Below are positions 59,856-64,000 of a DNA stretch of 64,000 bases, piece after piece (position 1 is the first letter of the stretch; the number at the start of each line of letters is the position of its first letter). The position numbers were made by a program, and so were the translations under genes. The notes below the pieces were generated by a model, which worked only from the letters and a program-made list of their open reading frames with translations, was not told the DNA's origin and searched no databases. Origin of the DNA: Omnitrophica WOR_2 bacterium RIFOXYA2_FULL_38_17 (GTDB lineage Bacteria; Omnitrophota; Gorgyraeia; Zapsychrales; Zapsychraceae); the NCBI GenBank assembly GCA_001805965.1, contig MHHG01000024.1:1384-65383 (forward strand), written 5' to 3'.

Positions 59856-60524
59856 ATGCTTTATATCACGTCTACTCCAATAGGAAACCTTAAAGACATT
59901 ACTCTTCGGGCGATCGAAGTTTTAAAAGAAGTCGATCTTATCGCTGCTGAAGATACCCGCCATACAAGAATATTAACTAAACATTATGATATAGATACAC
60001 CGCTGACGAGTTATTTTGAACATAATAAATTTAAGAAAAGTGAATACCTGCTTAAGGTGTTACAGGAAGGTAAAAGTGTTGCGCTTGTAACTGATGCAGG
60101 TACCCCTGGAATAAGTGATCCTGGCTATCGTCTTATTAAGCTTGCACAGGAAAATAATATTCCTATTACTGTTGTGCCGGGCGCGTGTGCGCTTGTTGCA
60201 GGATTGTCTTTGTCTGGGCTTCCAACAGATAGTTTTGTTTTTGAAGGATTTCTGCCGAACAAATCATCGGCAAGAAGAAAGAAGCTGGAAGCATTGAAAG
60301 ATGAGAAGCGGACTATTATTTTTTATGAATCGCCACATCGGATCACCAAGGCTTTAAAGGATATTGAAGAGGTGTTAGGAAATCCTGTAGTCGCTTGCGC
60401 AAGAGAATTGACAAAGAAATTTGAAGAGCTAAGGAAGGGGACCGCCGCTGAATTGTATGAACATTTTTCCCGAACAAATCCAAAGGGCGAGTTTGTGTTA
60501 ATGTTGAATTTGAAACGGGAGTAG
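59856..60524 (+). CDS. rsmI: 16S rRNA (cytidine1402-2'-O)-methyltransferase
   Basis: 222 aa in the tetrapyrrole-methylase family (MLYITSTPIGNLKDIT...AAEDTR...). Confidence 0.8.
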   Translation: MLYITSTPIGNLKDITLRAIEVLKEVDLIAAEDTRHTRILTKHYDIDTPLTSYFEHNKFKKSEYLLKVLQEGKSVALVTDAGTPGISDPGYRLIKLAQENNIPITVVPGACALVAGLSLSGLPTDSFVFEGFLPNKSSARRKKLEALKDEKRTIIFYESPHRITKALKDIEEVLGNPVVACARELTKKFEELRKGTAAELYEHFSRTNPKGEFVLMLNLKRE

Positions 60525-60540
60525 ATCTTGAACAACAAAA

Positions 60541-60576
60541 AAGCCTCTAACGCATTAGCGCTAGAGGCTTTTTTAT
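60541..60576. terminator. Bidirectional intrinsic terminator between convergent rsmI and the Cys-rich gene
   Basis: AAGCCTCTA-acgcattagcgc-TAGAGGCTT is flanked by an A-run upstream and a T-run downstream. Confidence 0.65.
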
Positions 60577-60586
60577 TATTTTATCT

Positions 60587-63500
60587 TTATTGACAACCTA
60601 TAAGTTTTCCGCAATGGTCGTGAATACAAGGATTTGTGACCCAAAAGGCAGAACAGTTGCCAGGAGTTCCTTCTGCCCCTCTTGGATGCCAAAGTGACCA
60701 TTTTTTATATTGTCCTTCCGTTAATGTCTCACATGTGCCGTAAGTCCCGTCAGGCTGGCATTTATATACGCCATCTTGCTTGTCACAATCACCAAAAGGT
60801 TTACATTTACCTTCAAGATTAGCTACACAGAAACATACTGGAACACCGCCAGACTTAATGTAATCTGTACCACATTCGTTTAGCCTATAAGCACCTGTAT
60901 AGTCATTCCCATCAGGGGCTTGAATGGTGCAAGAGCCCCTATAACTTAGAGGGGTTCCAAATGTTATTTGGAAGGAGCATGTTGGAGACCATTCATGGTT
61001 AACACAAGATCTAATTCCAGGGCAATTATTTATTGGATTCAATTCCCCGTTACGTTTTAGGTATCCATCTTCGCAGGAGTAGTAGTTTGGATCAAAGTCA
61101 GTAGGGCATGGAACAGAAGCATCATTACATGTGAATGAATCCAGGGTTGTATTGAAAGGATGATGCCCGCAGGAACAGGCTCCATATTGGTCACCGCATG
61201 GATCGCATATCTTATAATCATATTTTATATAAGGATCAGAACCATCTCCTGGAATAGGAAGATAGCTGCATGACAGAGTGGTATATGGGCTGCAAAGTGA
61301 ATGGCTGCAAGGACCCCAGTCATTAGTAGCAGCGCAATACTGAGTTCCCCGTCCTAAACAGCTAGGGCTGTAATCACAACTTTGATATGGATTGCTTGGG
61401 CCGGCAACGTAAATACATTGCCCGCAATTGTCTTCACAGCGCGTATAAATTGGACAGTTAGGATTTGTCGGGATCTTTGCCTGCAAGCTTTGAATGACGC
61501 TACAGCTTGTTGGACCTGACGAAAGCCTGGCAATATCTGCAAGAGTTAAGCTCATTCCGCAGCCAGTGGTGCTTCCATAGTTCTGCCAATCGCTCCAGTT
61601 GCAGCAGCTTTCTGCATATGGTGTTGAAGATATCAAAGTTGATGTTGTGCATCCTGAAACAGCTGAAGTCCGGCATTTCACAAGAGTTGTATCCGGATAT
61701 GAGGTGCTTTCACACGACAGACCACAAGATTCGTTGGTTTGGAAATTACAGCAAAGGTCTGAGCTATTTGATGCTATAACAGGGGTTTTATTACAACCAG
61801 GAGTTGGAGAAGTATAACAAGTAACATATTTATTTGCATCATAAAAAGTTGTTCCTCCGTCGCATGATATGCCACAGCCTTCGGTTGTTGTGTAGTCAGG
61901 GCAACAGGTCACATGTCCTATGTCTTTACTGGCTGTTACCGGACAGGTTGGCTTTGCCGGGATCGATACACAAGTAATAAGGTCGGTATCTGCGTATGTT
62001 GTAACATTCCCGCAGTCGATGCCGCAACCTTGAGTTGTTGTATATTCTGCCGGGGCACAACAGGCAGGGTCGTTCGTATCAAGGCGTGTTACTGTCGGGG
62101 CAGCACATCCCGGATTCCCTGTAAGGGAAGTCTTGCAAACGACATAATCGCTTACAAGATAGTCAGAGCCGGCACAATCGATCCCGCAGCCGGCATAAGG
62201 TGCTGCCTCAGTATATTGGCAGTAGGTGCCGTCCCCATCAAATGTCGGACCGTCTACCAGGACATCATCACAATAAGGGTCTGCGGCTCCAGGAGCAGTG
62301 ATTGTTTTTTTCTTGCATTCGGTGTATTCACCTGCTCCATATGTTATTCCATTACAGGTCTGTCCATAGCCTGAACTGTAAACATATCCGCAGTACAGGT
62401 CTGTCTGGTCAGCTGCGTTATCGACGATATCATCGCAATCGGCAACTACAGATGTTTGGCAGGTGACCCTGTAATAGGCTGGATAGTTTGTTCCAGCACA
62501 GGAGAGCCCCCAGCCTGTGTTTGAAGCATAGTTACAACAGGCATTCGCATTAACAACAGGGGATCCTGCCTCAAGCTGGTCTGTACAGCCATAAGTTTTT
62601 AGGGAGGAAGGTGTAACTTCATTACAGTCAACCCACTCATTGGTGCCATAATTTATATCGTTACATTCAAGGCTGCAGCCTTGAATATCATTATACGTGC
62701 AGCATGCCATTGTGCTTGTTGCTGTTTCAATAGGATCGCAACCGGCAACCGCAGAGGTTCGACAGGTTACATATTCTATTGGTGTATGGGCATGTCCGTT
62801 ACAGGTCAACCCGCAGCCAGCGACAGTTGTATAGTTGCAGCATGCAGTTACGCTTGTAGCTGCATTAGCTACTGTAGCTGTAATTCCGTCAGAGCATAAG
62901 GCTACATTTATTGTCGGCCTTTTGCACTTGTAAGCCTGGTTTGGTAAAAATGTCTGGGCACCGCAAGTTCCGCCGCATTGCCAGGTTGCATCTGTTACAA
63001 AAAGACAGCAGTCATTATGGTTTTGAGCAGTGATTATATTTTCAGAGCAGTATCCTGTAGCCGAGATCTGGCAAGTAGTGACTTTAGTGTCAGCAGGATA
63101 TATCGTACTGTTACAGTTTGCGCCACATCCGAGACCTCCTGTTGTATATTGGCAGCATGTGGCTGCATTTACCTCTTGGCTAACAATAACGTCATCGCAG
63201 CCGGCACCTCTCATAGTTGCTGAGACCTTACAGGTAACAAGGTCGCTATAGTTATATGTTCCGTCTCCGCCGCAAGCTTCTTCCAGGGCATTGAACTTGC
63301 CGCCGCAGCCGGATTTAGTTTCAAACCCGCAACAGACATCATCATTAGGGCTTGTTGTTACTATATCAGTACAATTTGCATTGCCTGCCGGCGTGCATAT
63401 GACTTTTGTTCCCAGAGGATATACAATTCCTCTGCCATTACATTGGCCGCCGCATGTAACCACTGGCGCTCCGTAGTTGCAGCATAAATTATTTACATCG

Positions 63501-64000
63501 CTTGTGCTTGTATTTTTTGTTACTGATTTAGATGGGCAGTCTGGATTGTCCGCATCTGTATATTGTACCCAGTTAGTTGAGCTTTCACACTCGTCTCTGG
63601 TTGTGTTGTACCCACAGCAATCATTATGGAAATCTTCTAGGGTTGTAGTTATGTCACAATCAGGATTGGCGACATCTTCTGATACAGTTTGCTTGGTTAC
63701 TCCTATATATGTGGCAGGTATAAGCGGGTCGAATTTATCTATACATGTTGTTGTTTCAGCATAATTGCAGCAGTTGTCTGAGTTTTCTTCTGATACGATC
63801 GTTGGATCACAATCTATAGGGAATGTGTCGGACCAAGTGCATTCTACCCAGGTCCCTCCATCATAAGTCACTCCATCACAAGAATTGTAAATAGTGCCAA
63901 TGCCGTCATCCAAAGCTGTTCCGCAACCTTCGGCATATTTATAGCTGCAGCAATCCGCTTCATTATCAACAGTGACTATCTTATCAGTACATTGTGGATG
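60587..64000 (-). CDS. Giant cysteine-rich tandem-repeat protein (5'-truncated by window edge), likely secreted/surface
   Basis: At least 1137 aa. The track start at 63913 is a TTG, and the reading frame stays open to the window edge with another CC...GCG module. It has at least 16 tandem ~50-aa modules of the type CC-x-Y-x(3-6)-GCG-x(2)-C-x(3-7)-Y-x(4-8)-C-x(2)-S/T-x(4-7)-C. A distinct ~330-aa Cys-rich C-terminal region follows. Confidence 0.7.
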   Translation of the reverse strand, partial: HPQCTDKIVTVDNEADCCSYKYAEGCGTALDDGIGTIYNSCDGVTYDGGTWVECTWSDTFPIDCDPTIVSEENSDNCCNYAETTTCIDKFDPLIPATYIGVTKQTVSEDVANPDCDITTTLEDFHNDCCGYNTTRDECESSTNWVQYTDADNPDCPSKSVTKNTSTSDVNNLCCNYGAPVVTCGGQCNGRGIVYPLGTKVICTPAGNANCTDIVTTSPNDDVCCGFETKSGCGGKFNALEEACGGDGTYNYSDLVTCKVSATMRGAGCDDVIVSQEVNAATCCQYTTGGLGCGANCNSTIYPADTKVTTCQISATGYCSENIITAQNHNDCCLFVTDATWQCGGTCGAQTFLPNQAYKCKRPTINVALCSDGITATVANAATSVTACCNYTTVAGCGLTCNGHAHTPIEYVTCRTSAVAGCDPIETATSTMACCTYNDIQGCSLECNDINYGTNEWVDCNEVTPSSLKTYGCTDQLEAGSPVVNANACCNYASNTGWGLSCAGTNYPAYYRVTCQTSVVADCDDIVDNAADQTDLYCGYVYSSGYGQTCNGITYGAGEYTECKKKTITAPGAADPYCDDVLVDGPTFDGDGTYCQYTEAAPYAGCGIDCAGSDYLVSDYVVCKTSLTGNPGCAAPTVTRLDTNDPACCAPAEYTTTQGCGIDCGNVTTYADTDLITCVSIPAKPTCPVTASKDIGHVTCCPDYTTTEGCGISCDGGTTFYDANKYVTCYTSPTPGCNKTPVIASNSSDLCCNFQTNESCGLSCESTSYPDTTLVKCRTSAVSGCTTSTLISSTPYAESCCNWSDWQNYGSTTGCGMSLTLADIARLSSGPTSCSVIQSLQAKIPTNPNCPIYTRCEDNCGQCIYVAGPSNPYQSCDYSPSCLGRGTQYCAATNDWGPCSHSLCSPYTTLSCSYLPIPGDGSDPYIKYDYKICDPCGDQYGACSCGHHPFNTTLDSFTCNDASVPCPTDFDPNYYSCEDGYLKRNGELNPINNCPGIRSCVNHEWSPTCSFQITFGTPLSYRGSCTIQAPDGNDYTGAYRLNECGTDYIKSGGVPVCFCVANLEGKCKPFGDCDKQDGVYKCQPDGTYGTCETLTEGQYKKWSLWHPRGAEGTPGNCSAFWVTNPCIHDHCGKLIGCQ

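Noticed and set aside
61354-63764. Plus-strand ORFs (61507.., 61913.., 62681.., 62978.., 63030.., 63291.., 63477..) opposite the Cys-rich gene
   Set aside because: They are artefacts of the GC-rich, Cys/Gly/Ala codon-rich antisense strand. The minus-strand frame is continuous for more than 3.4 kb with a coherent repeat structure.

Overview
The window is an AT-rich (~38% GC), densely coding bacterial chromosomal segment with no mobile elements or CRISPR arrays. Several genes start with TTG or GTG, and promoters closely match the TTGACA-17-TATAnT form.

Positions ~0.3-29.5 kb form a nitrogen-assimilation supercluster. It contains three tandem ammonium-transporter/PII (amt-glnK) pairs, a type III glutamine synthetase, PtsP (EI-Ntr), glutamine-dependent NadE, a stand-alone FMN-domain glutamate-synthase homolog and GltBD. 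It also contains two paralogous GAF-GAF-ANTAR RNA-binding antiterminator proteins and a Kef/CPA2-type cation:proton antiporter fused to a PtsN-like EIIA-Ntr domain.

The leaders of amt1, amt2, the second ANTAR gene and the porin-amt3 unit carry repeated GG(A/G)C-hexaloop-GTCC hairpins. The loops fit the ANTAR-target rule (A at position 1, G at position 4). Each hairpin overlaps the 5' arm of an intrinsic terminator. This points to an attenuation-based nitrogen regulon with no visible sigma-54/NtrC signature.

Downstream lie further glutamine amidotransferases (carAB, purF, pyrG, glmS), tRNA-Leu(GAG) and tRNA-Glu(CTC), rpe, metH, uppP, trmB, a PBP5-like carboxypeptidase, a DsbA-like protein and rsmI. 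A minus-strand FIST sensor / GAF histidine kinase / REC-GGDDF module sits behind a pilin-like gene.

The window ends inside a very large minus-strand gene, 5'-truncated by the window edge. It encodes a protein built from at least 16 tandem ~50-aa six-cysteine modules plus a distinct Cys-rich C-terminal domain, and I cannot assign it to any known family.
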